A stretch of 64,000 nucleotides of DNA from an uncultured Gammaproteobacteria bacterium. Its GTDB lineage: Bacteria > Patescibacteriota > Microgenomatia > Levybacterales > UBA12049. Both the position numbers and the translations under genes were made by a program. The notes under the pieces are model-generated. The model saw only the letters and a program-made list of their open reading frames with translations, was not told where the DNA came from and searched no databases. The DNA lies in the NCBI GenBank assembly GCA_965230895.1, contig OZ246394.1:633316-697315 (forward strand), in the 5' to 3' direction. Shown one piece after another: positions 48,101 to 57,931 of the stretch (position 1 is its first letter; every line of letters starts with the position of its first letter).

Positions 48101-48857
48101 TTTGAAATTGAAAATCGGTTGGCTTTACCCGCAACTTATGAGCACATATGGAGACCGAGGAAATATTATCGTCTTACAAAAACGATGCGAATGGCGTGAC
48201 ATCCAAGTTGAAATCGTACCCATCGATTCATCAACAAATGATAAGGATCTCCTTTCAATTGATCTACTTTTTGGTGGCGGAGCGCAAGATCGTGAGCAAG
48301 AGATTGTCATGCAAAATCTTCATAAAAAAAAGAAACCAATTAAAGAATTAATTGAACGGGATATACCTGCACTATTTGTTTGTGGATCTCCGCAACTCAT
48401 GGGGAAATATTACGAACCTTCTGAAGGCAAAAAAATCGAAGGTTTAGGAATATTCGATATGTACTCAAAACATCCTGGACCAAAAGATGATCGATTAATT
48501 GGAAACCTCGTCGCCTCCATCCAATTCCCAGAGACAATTGCACAGACAACTGTTATTGGATTTGAGAATCATGGAGGAAGAACATATTTGGGCGAAAAGG
48601 TAAAACCATTTGCAAAAGTTATCAAAGGTTTCGGGAATAATGGTACAGATGGAACTGAAGGAGTTGTCTATAAAAATGCAATTGGATGTTATCTCCACGG
48701 TCCACTTCTTCCAAAGAATCCTCAAATCGCTGATTATTTGATCCAAAAAGCTTTGGAGGTCAAGTATAAAAAGGCTTTCACTCTCCATTCACTCGATGAC
48801 TCATTAGAGCAAAAAGCACAAAAAAGCTTATTAAAACGGTTTAATATTCAAGTCTAA
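48084..48857 (+). CDS. gatD: Glutamine amidotransferase GatD (CobQ-like partner of MurT)
   Basis: LYPQLMSTYGDRGN, GGGAQDREQ, CGSPQLMG, GFENHGG, YLHGPLLPKNP. Confidence 0.9.
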   Translation: MKRTDNLKLKIGWLYPQLMSTYGDRGNIIVLQKRCEWRDIQVEIVPIDSSTNDKDLLSIDLLFGGGAQDREQEIVMQNLHKKKKPIKELIERDIPALFVCGSPQLMGKYYEPSEGKKIEGLGIFDMYSKHPGPKDDRLIGNLVASIQFPETIAQTTVIGFENHGGRTYLGEKVKPFAKVIKGFGNNGTDGTEGVVYKNAIGCYLHGPLLPKNPQIADYLIQKALEVKYKKAFTLHSLDDSLEQKAQKSLLKRFNIQV

Positions 48858-48898
48858 TCCGGCTTGCGATTTTTCATCGCAGAGCATATAATAGCTTC

Positions 48899-49183
48899 AT
48901 GAAATTAGATGTTTCCCACATTGCAAAACTTGCAAATCTCCCCCTCAAAGATGAAGAAAAAAAGAAATTAGAAGCACAACTAGAAGAGACTCTCACCTAT
49001 ATTGAGAACCTCAAGGAAGTTGATACCAAACATGTTGAACCAACAGCTCATGTTACTGGATTAGAAAATGTTACTCGAGTAGATGTAGCAACTGAATCTT
49101 TGACACAGAAGCAAGCGCTTTCTAATGCAAAGAAAACACACGATGGCTTTTTCCAAGTGGACGCAATTTTAGATAATGAATAA
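48899..49183 (+). CDS. gatC: Asp/Glu-tRNA amidotransferase subunit C
   Basis: HIAKLANL, EVDT..VEPT, NVTR, FFQV; operon context. Confidence 0.9.
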   Translation: MKLDVSHIAKLANLPLKDEEKKKLEAQLEETLTYIENLKEVDTKHVEPTAHVTGLENVTRVDVATESLTQKQALSNAKKTHDGFFQVDAILDNE

Positions 49184-49862
49184 AGACTTAACAACAATAT
49201 ACCTTGTCAGACACGGTGAATCTGAAGCGAATGTGCTTGCAGAGAAAGACGAAGAAGTAAATACCGCAATTGAATTTGATGACACGGAAGGAGCACCATT
49301 ATCACCAAAAGGAAGAGTGCAAATTAAAGAACTGGCAGAACATTTAAAAGATGTTCATTTTGATGCGTTCTTTTCATCGAGCTTGATCCGAGCAAACGAA
49401 ACAGCTAAGGCTGTTGCAATGGAAAGAAATTTAGCAGTTCAGGCAAGCGACTTAATACGAGAGAGAGAACTTTCTCGTTATATGAAAGCACTTGGTGGAA
49501 GCAAGCAAAAATCTCAAATCAAACGTGAAATGCAGCAGGAACTGCAAGCATTAGATGATGCTTCCAAGATGCAGTACAAGCATTCTTCCGTCATGGAAAG
49601 CGCTGAAGAAGCAGCAGTAAGACAGCTAACATTTTTACGAGAGATCGCTCTTGCTTATTCGGGAAAAACTATACTGGTTGCAAGCCATGGAAACCTCATC
49701 AGAAGTGCTCTAACGAAACTTGGTTGGGCCACATTTGATGAATTGCCTGACGGAGCAGTAGATAACACTGGTTATGTAATACTAGAATGTGATGGAGTTG
49801 ATTTCTTTATTAAAGAGACTCATGGCGTTCACAAAAAGGACAATACGCAAAGGATTTGGTAA
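49176..49862 (+). CDS. Histidine phosphatase family protein
   Basis: YLVRHGESEAN, SS.LIRA.ET, SHG. Confidence 0.88.
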   Translation: MNKDLTTIYLVRHGESEANVLAEKDEEVNTAIEFDDTEGAPLSPKGRVQIKELAEHLKDVHFDAFFSSSLIRANETAKAVAMERNLAVQASDLIRERELSRYMKALGGSKQKSQIKREMQQELQALDDASKMQYKHSSVMESAEEAAVRQLTFLREIALAYSGKTILVASHGNLIRSALTKLGWATFDELPDGAVDNTGYVILECDGVDFFIKETHGVHKKDNTQRIW

Positions 49863-49864
49863 CT

Positions 49865-51274
49865 ATGAAATATAATCATTTAACAATAAAACAAGCACTA
49901 GAAGGCTTACAGAAAAAAGAATTTACATCTGTTGAACTTACAGAAATGTATCTGAAAAGGATTAAAGAAGTTGAAAAAAAGGTAAATGCTTTCGTTACTG
50001 TTACGGAAGAAGAAGCTTTAAAGAATGCAAAAGAAGCAGACAAAAAGAGAGCTCAAGGAATTGAATCTCCCCTTCTGGGAGTTCCTCTTTCAGTTAAAGA
50101 TAATTTCTCAACAAATGGCATACGGACAACCGCTTCAAGTAAAGTTCTTGATCAATATGTACCGCCGTTTGATTCTACTGTAGTCAGTAAGTTGAAAGAT
50201 GCTGGCATGGTACTACTCGGAAAAACAAACATGGATGCTTGGGCACATGGTTCTTCGACAGAAACTTCTGATTATGGATCATCACGAAACCCATGGAATA
50301 CAGAACATCTTCCTGGCGGTTCATCGGGTGGAGCTGCAGCAAGTGTGGCCGCAGATGAAACGGTGGCTGCAATCGGATCAGAAACAGCAGGTTCAATTCG
50401 TCAGCCAGCAAGCTGGTGCGGAGTGGTCGGTTTAAAGCCTACCTATGGCCGTGTAAGCCGCTATGGCGTGATTGCAATGGGCTCTTCGCTTGATAGTCCG
50501 GGTCCAATTACTAAGACCGTTGAGGACAGCGCTCTACTCCTTCAAGTGTTAGCTGGACAAGATCCACATGATGCGACCACATCTCCAATTGCTGTACCTG
50601 ATTATTTAGCTTCGATGAAGAAAGATATTAAAGGACTAAAAATTGGTATTTCTGAGGATTACTTTGAAGGGGTTAATGAAGAAGTGAAAGCACAAGTTGA
50701 GAAAGAATTAAAAGTATTTGAAACGCTTGGTGCGCAAATTAAAAAGATTAAACTCTTCCATCCTAAGTACGCAATCGCTCTTTACACAATCCTTCAGCGT
50801 GCTGAAGTATCATCAAACTTAGCTCGATACGATGGAATCCGGTATGGAAACGATCGTTCAGCCTTTGGAGATGAGGCAAAACGACGTGTAATGCTGGGAA
50901 CATATACTCTTTCTGCTGGATATTATGATGAATATTACAATAAGGCATTGAAAGTACGAACGGTTATCATTGAAGATTTCAAAAAAGCTTTCAAAGATGT
51001 TGATGTTATCATTGGCCCAACAAGTCCCACAACTTCTCTTAAAGTTGGCGCTACTGAAGATCAATCTATGTTTGGCGAACTTGCTGACGTCCTTGTTGAG
51101 CCCTCTTCAATTGCTGGGCTTTCGGGGATTAACGTTCCATGTGGTTTCTCAAGTGAGGGATTACCTATTGGACTGCAAATCATTGGGCCTCAGTTTGCTG
51201 AGGAAGTAGTAATCAATGCAGCGTACAAGTACGAACAAGCAACAAATTGGATGGAAAGGAAGCCAAATCTATGA
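49865..51274 (+). CDS. gatA: Asp/Glu-tRNA amidotransferase subunit A
   Basis: Amidase signature PGGSSGG, GSIRQPA, LKPTYGRVSRYG, SSNLARYDG. Confidence 0.96.
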   Translation: MKYNHLTIKQALEGLQKKEFTSVELTEMYLKRIKEVEKKVNAFVTVTEEEALKNAKEADKKRAQGIESPLLGVPLSVKDNFSTNGIRTTASSKVLDQYVPPFDSTVVSKLKDAGMVLLGKTNMDAWAHGSSTETSDYGSSRNPWNTEHLPGGSSGGAAASVAADETVAAIGSETAGSIRQPASWCGVVGLKPTYGRVSRYGVIAMGSSLDSPGPITKTVEDSALLLQVLAGQDPHDATTSPIAVPDYLASMKKDIKGLKIGISEDYFEGVNEEVKAQVEKELKVFETLGAQIKKIKLFHPKYAIALYTILQRAEVSSNLARYDGIRYGNDRSAFGDEAKRRVMLGTYTLSAGYYDEYYNKALKVRTVIIEDFKKAFKDVDVIIGPTSPTTSLKVGATEDQSMFGELADVLVEPSSIAGLSGINVPCGFSSEGLPIGLQIIGPQFAEEVVINAAYKYEQATNWMERKPNL

Positions 51275-52587
51275 GTAAATTGACGCCAATTATTGGACTT
51301 GAGGTCCATGTAGAATTAAAGACAAAATCAAAGATGTTTTGTGGCTGTTCTGCTGATTATTTCGGGAAAAATCCAAATAGTCACACTTGCCCTGTTTGTC
51401 TTGGATTACCAGGAGCGCTTCCTGTTCCAAATAAAACAGCTATTGATTGGTGTATAAAAATTGCCCTCGCTTTAAATTGCAAAATCAATTCGTACTCAAA
51501 ATTTGATCGTAAGAATTATTTCTATCCTGACCTTTCAAAAGGGTATCAAATAAGTCAGTATGATTTACCTTTTGGATATGAAGGGTACATTGAACTTTCT
51601 TCGGGAAAAAAGATTGGCATTACACGCGTTCACATGGAAGAAGACACAGGAAAGCTTTCACACCAAGATGTGAAGCAAGAACGCGTAAGTTTGATTGATT
51701 TTAATCGAAGTGGAGTACCTTTAGTCGAAATTGTAACCGAGCCAGACTTCCATGATGCTTTAGAAGTAAAAGAATATTTGCAAAAATTGCAGCAAATTGT
51801 CCGCTATTTGGATGTTTCTAATGCTGATATGGAAAAAGGTGAGATGAGACTTGAGCCAAATATCTCGCTTTCTCCAGATCCGAAGAAATTGCCAAACTAC
51901 AAAGTTGAGGTCAAAAACATTAATTCGTTCAAGTTCGTCGAGAAGGCAGTAAACTACGAAATCAAGCGACAAGATGCAATTTTGGAGAGAAACGAAGTCC
52001 CAGCACAGGAGACAAGAGGTTGGGATGATCATCGTCAAAAAACGTTCTCTCAAAGATCAAAAGAAGATGCTCATGATTACAGATATTTCCCTGAGCCTGA
52101 TATTCCTCCAATATTGAACAGTAAGGAAGAAATTAGCACTCTATTAAAATCAGTGCCAGAATTACCGGACAAAAAAACAAAACGCTTTGAGAAGGAATTT
52201 AGCCTCAGTTTTTATGATTCTGAGATACTTACCCGAGAAAAATCTTTGGCAGACTTCTTTGAAGAAGCAGTACGAGAAGGAAAAGCGCAAAAGCTAAATC
52301 CGAAAGATATTGCTAATTATATTATCAACAAAAAGGTCGATGAGAGTTCTATTTCCCCTATCGCTTTAGTACAGCAAATTGTCGCGAGTAAACAAACTGT
52401 TCAGATCGATGAGAAAGAATTAGAGCGAATCATTAAGGAGGTTATTTCTGAAAATGAAAGAGCAGTGAGTGACTATAAAAGTGGTAAAGAAGCTTCTCTT
52501 ATGTTCTTGTTGGGACAAGTAATGAAAAAACTTGGCAAAAAAGTAGATGTAAATCTTGTTAAAGATCGTATTAAAAAAGCTCTTTAA
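51271..52587 (+). CDS. gatB: Asp/Glu-tRNA amidotransferase subunit B
   Basis: IGLEVHVEL, FDRKNYFYPDL, HMEEDTGK, DYRYFPEPD. Confidence 0.96.
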   Translation: MSKLTPIIGLEVHVELKTKSKMFCGCSADYFGKNPNSHTCPVCLGLPGALPVPNKTAIDWCIKIALALNCKINSYSKFDRKNYFYPDLSKGYQISQYDLPFGYEGYIELSSGKKIGITRVHMEEDTGKLSHQDVKQERVSLIDFNRSGVPLVEIVTEPDFHDALEVKEYLQKLQQIVRYLDVSNADMEKGEMRLEPNISLSPDPKKLPNYKVEVKNINSFKFVEKAVNYEIKRQDAILERNEVPAQETRGWDDHRQKTFSQRSKEDAHDYRYFPEPDIPPILNSKEEISTLLKSVPELPDKKTKRFEKEFSLSFYDSEILTREKSLADFFEEAVREGKAQKLNPKDIANYIINKKVDESSISPIALVQQIVASKQTVQIDEKELERIIKEVISENERAVSDYKSGKEASLMFLLGQVMKKLGKKVDVNLVKDRIKKAL

Positions 52588-52652
52588 GACGATTTCGTGC
52601 TTGTAATGGTTTCCTCGACAAACCGTATATAACTATCTATAATAAATTTCTC

Positions 52653-55600
52653 ATGGCTGATTTCGTTCACCTTCATAACCACTCTGAATTTTCTCTCCTT
52701 GATGGGCTCCAAAAAACAAAAAATATGGTAGCGTATGCCAAAGAGCTTGGCATGAAGGCTCTCGCAATAACAGATCATGGCAACATGTACGGGACGATTA
52801 AATTCTATCAAGCATGTAAAGCTGCAGGTATTAAACCAATCATAGGCTGCGAAATATATGTGAGCAAACGATCACTCCATGATAAAGATGGTGCTCAAGA
52901 TAAAGATTATAACCATTTGATCCTTTTGGCGGAAAATGAAGAAGGGTACAAAAACCTGATGAGAATTGTCACAGTAGCCAATCTTGAAGGATATTATTAT
53001 AAACCTCGAACTGACCTTGCACTGTTAGAAAAACATAAAGAAGGAATCATATGTTTAAGTGCCTGTGTAAATGGTTATGTGAGTGAACCTTTAATGAAAG
53101 GCGATGACGAGTTAGGAGAAAAACGTGCCTTGCAGCTTGCAAAAATATATGGTCCAAACAACTTTTTCCTCGAAATCCAACACCATTTGAATGTACCTCC
53201 ACAAGAGCCAGTGAACAAAAAACTACTTGCTCTCTCAAAAAAACTTGGATTACCAATCGTAGCTACGAATGACAACCATTACACTAAGAAAGAAGATGCT
53301 GAGGGACAAGAAGCTCTACTTTGTATCCAAACGCAATCTACCCTTTTGGATAAGGATCGCAAGCTTTCAATGGTTTCTTCTCCTGACTTTTATATTAAAT
53401 CAGCTGAAGAGATGGAAAAACTTTTCGCAGAAACCCCTGAAGCAATTGAAAATGCAAATAAAATTGCTGAACGTTGCAATGTCGAAATAACCTTGGGTAA
53501 ATGGCATATGCCAGTATTTGAGGTTCCAGACGGACTTAGTGCTGCAGATTATTTGACAAAGCTAGTCTACGAAGGAGCTAAGTTCAGATATGGCGAAATT
53601 ACCGAAGAAATCAAAGAACGATTAGAGTATGAATTATCAGTCATTGTTAAAAAAGGCTACGAAACCTACTTCCTTGTTGTATCTGATTTTGTGAATTGGG
53701 CAAAAGACCATGGAGTTGCCGTAGGTCCTGGAAGAGGTTCTGCAGCGGGATCAGTTGTGGGATATTGTTTGAAAATTACTGACGCTGATCCATTCTTTTT
53801 CAAACTTCCCTTTGAACGATTTTTAAACCCACTTCGTCCGTCTGCACCTGATATTGACCTTGATTTTGCAGATACTCGTCGAGAAGAAGTTATCGCATAT
53901 GTTACAGAGCGGTATGGTAAGGACAAAGTTGCTCAGATCATCACTTTTGGAACGATGGAAGCCAAAGGAGCAATTCGTGATGTTGGTCGCGTTATGGGCA
54001 TGCCATATGCTGCACCAGATAGAATTTCCAAGATGATTCCACCTGCAGTTCTCGGGAAAAGTCCATCAATTGATGATTCACTCGCGCAAAGTACAGAACT
54101 CCGATCTGCATATCTAAATGAACCTGATACGAAGAAACTTATCGATCTAGCGAAAAAACTTGAAGGTGTTGCAAGACATGCTTCAATTCATGCAGCAGGT
54201 GTTGTGATTGCGGATAAACCACTTACTGAATACGTCCCTCTCCAGCGAGAATCAAATGGGGACAAAGTCGTGACGCAATACGATATGTACACCGTGGGAG
54301 AAGATGGCGTAGGTTTGTTGAAAATGGATTTTCTCGGATTGAGAAATTTAACCATTATTGAAGAATGTTTGAAGTTCGTTAAGGAAAACCAAGGCATCGA
54401 AGTAGACTTTACGAAGGTCGACCTTGAAGATAAGAAGACCTATGACCTGCTTTCTGAAGGTGAAACAACTGGTATATTCCAGCTAGAATCTGCCGGCATG
54501 CGTCGATATATTAAGGAATTAAAACCCACAACAATCTTTGACTTACAGGCTATGGTTGCGCTTTACCGCCCTGGACCGATGGCTATTATCCCCGAGTTTA
54601 TCAAACGAAAACATAACCCTGAAACTATTGATTATCCAGATCCTCGTTTGAAAGATATTTTGCAGCAATCGTATGGAGTACTGACCTATCAGGATGATGT
54701 GTTACTAACTGCAATTACACTTGCGGGATACACATGGTTAGACGCTGATAAGTTCCGTAAAGCGATGGGTAAGAAAATTCTTTCTGAGATGAAAAAGCAG
54801 GAAGAGATGTTCCTTGCAGGCTGTGTCAAAAATGGCTTAACCCAGAAGCGTGCCGCTGAAATTTATGAGCTTATTGCACCATTTGCAGGCTATGGTTTCA
54901 ACAAAGCACATGCAGCTTGTTATGCTATTATCGCTTTTAGAACTGCTTACCTCAAAGCAAATTATCCAGTTGAATTTATGACTGCATTATTAACTGCTGA
55001 ATCACGTGGAACGTCTGGACCTGCAAAAAATGAGAAGATAGCTCAGGCTGTCATGGAATGTAAGCGTCTTAAAATCCCTCTTCTTCCACCTGATATTAAT
55101 AAGTCGGAAAAAGATTTTAGTATTGAGGATGGGACGAAGATCCGATTCGGAATGTCTGCTGTTAAAAATGTCGGTGATGCAGCAATTGATAATATTTTAG
55201 AAGCACGAAAGAGCAGAAAGTTTAATACAATTGAAGATTTTCTCGCCAGACTTACACTCTCTACTGTAAATAAAAAGACGCTTGAATCACTCATAAAAGT
55301 TGGTGCAATGGATGCTTTTGGTAATCGTGCATCTCTTTTAATTGCCTTTCCTGAAATTGTGGGAAAAATTAATTTGATTCGTAAACAGCAAGCTGAAGGA
55401 CAAGCATCGCTTTTTGATGCTGTTGACGAAGAATCTGAAGACTCTGCGAATATTGATTTCTCATTAACGGAAATTGAAGATTTTACAAAAGAAGAGAAAT
55501 TGAATTTTGAGCGGGATTTCTTAGGAATCTATTTAACTGCCCATCCACATATGGATAAGTTAATACATTTAAAATCAATGGGTGCAATCGGATTTGATGA

Positions 55601-55907
55601 ATTAGAAGAACAAGAACAAGGAAGTATTGTAAAAGTTGGTGGCATTATTGATAGCGTTAAACGGATTTTCACTAAAAAAACAAATGCTGAGATGGCATTT
55701 CTCAGTCTAGCGGATGAAAAGGGTACATTAATTGAATGCGTAGTATTTCCTAAATCTTTTGAACTCTTTAAGAATATCCTTTTAAAGGATAGTGTTATTA
55801 TAGTTAATGGTAAGTACGACACAAAAAACGATAAACCCACACTTTTGGCAGAAAGTATTATATCGCTTGATACGATGCGCCTTGACTTACAATCAAAGAC
55901 AAATTAA
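52653..55907 (+). CDS. dnaE: DNA polymerase III alpha subunit
   Basis: FVHLHNHSEFSLLDG, GPGRGSAAGS, PDIDLDF, KMDFLGL, YGFNKAH, OB fold. Confidence 0.97.
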   Translation: MADFVHLHNHSEFSLLDGLQKTKNMVAYAKELGMKALAITDHGNMYGTIKFYQACKAAGIKPIIGCEIYVSKRSLHDKDGAQDKDYNHLILLAENEEGYKNLMRIVTVANLEGYYYKPRTDLALLEKHKEGIICLSACVNGYVSEPLMKGDDELGEKRALQLAKIYGPNNFFLEIQHHLNVPPQEPVNKKLLALSKKLGLPIVATNDNHYTKKEDAEGQEALLCIQTQSTLLDKDRKLSMVSSPDFYIKSAEEMEKLFAETPEAIENANKIAERCNVEITLGKWHMPVFEVPDGLSAADYLTKLVYEGAKFRYGEITEEIKERLEYELSVIVKKGYETYFLVVSDFVNWAKDHGVAVGPGRGSAAGSVVGYCLKITDADPFFFKLPFERFLNPLRPSAPDIDLDFADTRREEVIAYVTERYGKDKVAQIITFGTMEAKGAIRDVGRVMGMPYAAPDRISKMIPPAVLGKSPSIDDSLAQSTELRSAYLNEPDTKKLIDLAKKLEGVARHASIHAAGVVIADKPLTEYVPLQRESNGDKVVTQYDMYTVGEDGVGLLKMDFLGLRNLTIIEECLKFVKENQGIEVDFTKVDLEDKKTYDLLSEGETTGIFQLESAGMRRYIKELKPTTIFDLQAMVALYRPGPMAIIPEFIKRKHNPETIDYPDPRLKDILQQSYGVLTYQDDVLLTAITLAGYTWLDADKFRKAMGKKILSEMKKQEEMFLAGCVKNGLTQKRAAEIYELIAPFAGYGFNKAHAACYAIIAFRTAYLKANYPVEFMTALLTAESRGTSGPAKNEKIAQAVMECKRLKIPLLPPDINKSEKDFSIEDGTKIRFGMSAVKNVGDAAIDNILEARKSRKFNTIEDFLARLTLSTVNKKTLESLIKVGAMDAFGNRASLLIAFPEIVGKINLIRKQQAEGQASLFDAVDEESEDSANIDFSLTEIEDFTKEEKLNFERDFLGIYLTAHPHMDKLIHLKSMGAIGFDELEEQEQGSIVKVGGIIDSVKRIFTKKTNAEMAFLSLADEKGTLIECVVFPKSFELFKNILLKDSVIIVNGKYDTKNDKPTLLAESIISLDTMRLDLQSKTN

Positions 55908-55944
55908 AATGTAAGCGCCTGATCACTCAGGTATTTTTTATTTT

Positions 55945-56685
55945 ATGTTGTCGCTAGCAGCTGAAGAACTCACACATATTGGTCCGCTTCCTATTACCAA
56001 CGCGGTCGTTGATACTATCCTCGTAGACATTATTCTTATTGCTTTAGCTTGGTATGTTTATAAAAACGTAAAACTTATTCCAGGTGCGTTCCAAAGTATT
56101 ATAGAAATGGCTGTTGAAGGTTTTTATAACCTTACAAGTTCTGTCGCAAAGGAAAATGCGAAAAAGATTTTCCCTTATGTCATGACCTTTTTCCTTTTCA
56201 TTTTAATTTCAAACTGGAGTGGTCTCCTCCCTGTACTATCAGCACTTGAAGTACCTGTTGCCGGACATGGTGGAGAAGCACATCACGCACATTTACTTCG
56301 TAGTGCTTCTACCGATTTGAACGTGACGCTTGCTTTGGCAATTGTTTCTTTAATCGCTACTCATACAATGAGTATTCAAACATTGGGATTAAAATCATAT
56401 TTGAGTCGATTCTTTTCATTGAATCCTCTAGCAGCGTATACAGGACTACTTGAATTAATTTCTGAATTCACGAAAGTTATCTCATTCTCATTTCGACTTT
56501 TCGGAAATGTTTTCGTAGGAGAAGTGATGCTTGTTTCTCTCTCAGCCGCATTTGCATTCTTCCTTCCAATTCCAATTGTACTTTATGAAATGTTTGTAGG
56601 TGTTGTTCAAGCAGCTATTTTTGGGTTATTAACTATGGCATTCATGGGAATCTTTACGACTCCTCATGGGTCGGATGCTCACTAA
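55945..56685 (+). CDS. atpB: ATP synthase Fo subunit a
   Basis: NWSGLLP, SFRLFGN, VQAAIF. Confidence 0.95.
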   Translation: MLSLAAEELTHIGPLPITNAVVDTILVDIILIALAWYVYKNVKLIPGAFQSIIEMAVEGFYNLTSSVAKENAKKIFPYVMTFFLFILISNWSGLLPVLSALEVPVAGHGGEAHHAHLLRSASTDLNVTLALAIVSLIATHTMSIQTLGLKSYLSRFFSLNPLAAYTGLLELISEFTKVISFSFRLFGNVFVGEVMLVSLSAAFAFFLPIPIVLYEMFVGVVQAAIFGLLTMAFMGIFTTPHGSDAH

Positions 56686-56756
56686 AATTGGCATCGCAAT
56701 TCAGAACCTCAACTGATATAATGCAAAAAAAGAGGAACGAGGAGGTGATTTAATTT

Positions 56757-56963
56757 ATGGAAATTTCAATTACAGGAGGTATTATCGCAGCAATCGGAGG
56801 TCTCGGACCAGGAATTGGTGTTGGACTTATCGGTGCGAAAGCTATGGAAGCAATCGGACGAAATCCTGACGCATCAGGTAGAATTATCCCTATCATGATC
56901 GTTGCTATGGGTTTTGCTGAAGCTATCGCTATTTACTCATTAGTTTTTGCTTTCTTAGGCTAA
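56757..56963 (+). CDS. atpE: ATP synthase Fo subunit c
   Basis: GxGxGxG, GRNP, FAEAIAIY; strong SD GGAGGTGA. Confidence 0.95.
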   Translation: MEISITGGIIAAIGGLGPGIGVGLIGAKAMEAIGRNPDASGRIIPIMIVAMGFAEAIAIYSLVFAFLG

Positions 56964-56974
56964 GCTTAAGAAGC

Positions 56975-57048
56975 ATGAATTAAGAATTAAGTGGAAAGGA
57001 AGTACTTATTTCCTTATCTTAATTCGAAGTACTTAATTCTTGATTCAT
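56975..57048. repeat. Long stem-loop built from GAATTAA heptamers between atpE and atpF
   Basis: ATGAATTAAGAATTAAGT pairs with ACTTAATTCTTGATTCAT. Confidence 0.6.
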
Positions 57049-57071
57049 AGTTAGAAACTATATTTATTATT

Positions 57072-57578
57072 ATGGAAATTTTTGAGATATTTGGTTTAAA
57101 TTGGATATTAATTGTTGCGCAAATCGTAAACTTCTTAGTAATTTTATGGATTTTAAAGAAGTTTCTTTATAAGCCACTCTTTTCAGTTCTTGAAAAGCGA
57201 CAGCAATTAGCAAAAGAAGCTGTAGAAAAAGCTGATGAAAGTTCAAAGGCTCTAGAGAAAGCCCAAGAAGAAGAAAAAGCAATTATTAAAAAGGCACAAA
57301 CAACAGCATCACAAATTGTTACTGACGCGAAAGAACAAGCTGCTGAAATCGCAAAGAAATCTGAAGAAAATACAAAGAAACAAACTGAGAAAATGATTAC
57401 CGATGCAAAAGAACAGATTGCCCATGAGACAAAAGAAGCAGAAGCACAATTAAATAAATATGTTGCAAAACTTTCAGTTGATTTGTTGAAAAAATCAATT
57501 GAGAATGTCTTTACTGAAAAAGAACAAAATGAGATTATTGCACGAGCTGTTAAAGAAATGCAGAAAAGACCAAACTAA
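57072..57578 (+). CDS. atpF: ATP synthase Fo subunit b
   Basis: AQIVNFLVILWILKKFLYKP..LEKR followed by a coiled coil. Confidence 0.93.
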   Translation: MEIFEIFGLNWILIVAQIVNFLVILWILKKFLYKPLFSVLEKRQQLAKEAVEKADESSKALEKAQEEEKAIIKKAQTTASQIVTDAKEQAAEIAKKSEENTKKQTEKMITDAKEQIAHETKEAEAQLNKYVAKLSVDLLKKSIENVFTEKEQNEIIARAVKEMQKRPN

Positions 57579-57931
57579 TGACAAGAACAACTATCAAAAA
57601 ATTAGTTGAAGAAAGTTATAAAGACGGCAAATTAATTGAAGAACATGTGAAATATATTGCTGGTAAATTAACTCGCAATGAATTAAAAGAATATATTTCA
57701 CTTTTGAAAGCTGAAGAAATTAAAAAGCAAGTTTTTGTAACTTCTGCAGAAGAGCTTTCAAAAGAAGATATTGAAAAAATTAAAAAGCTTTATCCGGATA
57801 TGCAAATCGTCACATCCGTTGATAAATCAATGTTAAGTGGTGTACGAATTGTAGAAAATAACAAAGAGTACGAGATTAATTTAAATCGTACTTTTCATGA
57901 TATAATAGGTTTCTTAAGTCGAAATGATTGA
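57578..57931 (+). CDS. atpH: ATP synthase delta subunit (short)
   Basis: VTSAEEL, VDKSMLSGVRI; position in the operon. Confidence 0.8.
   Translation: MTRTTIKKLVEESYKDGKLIEEHVKYIAGKLTRNELKEYISLLKAEEIKKQVFVTSAEELSKEDIEKIKKLYPDMQIVTSVDKSMLSGVRIVENNKEYEINLNRTFHDIIGFLSRND

Noticed and set aside
56757-56963. Na+-coupled ATP synthase
   Set aside because: Subunit c has E-A and lacks the Q...E-S/T sodium-binding signature, so it is probably H+-coupled.
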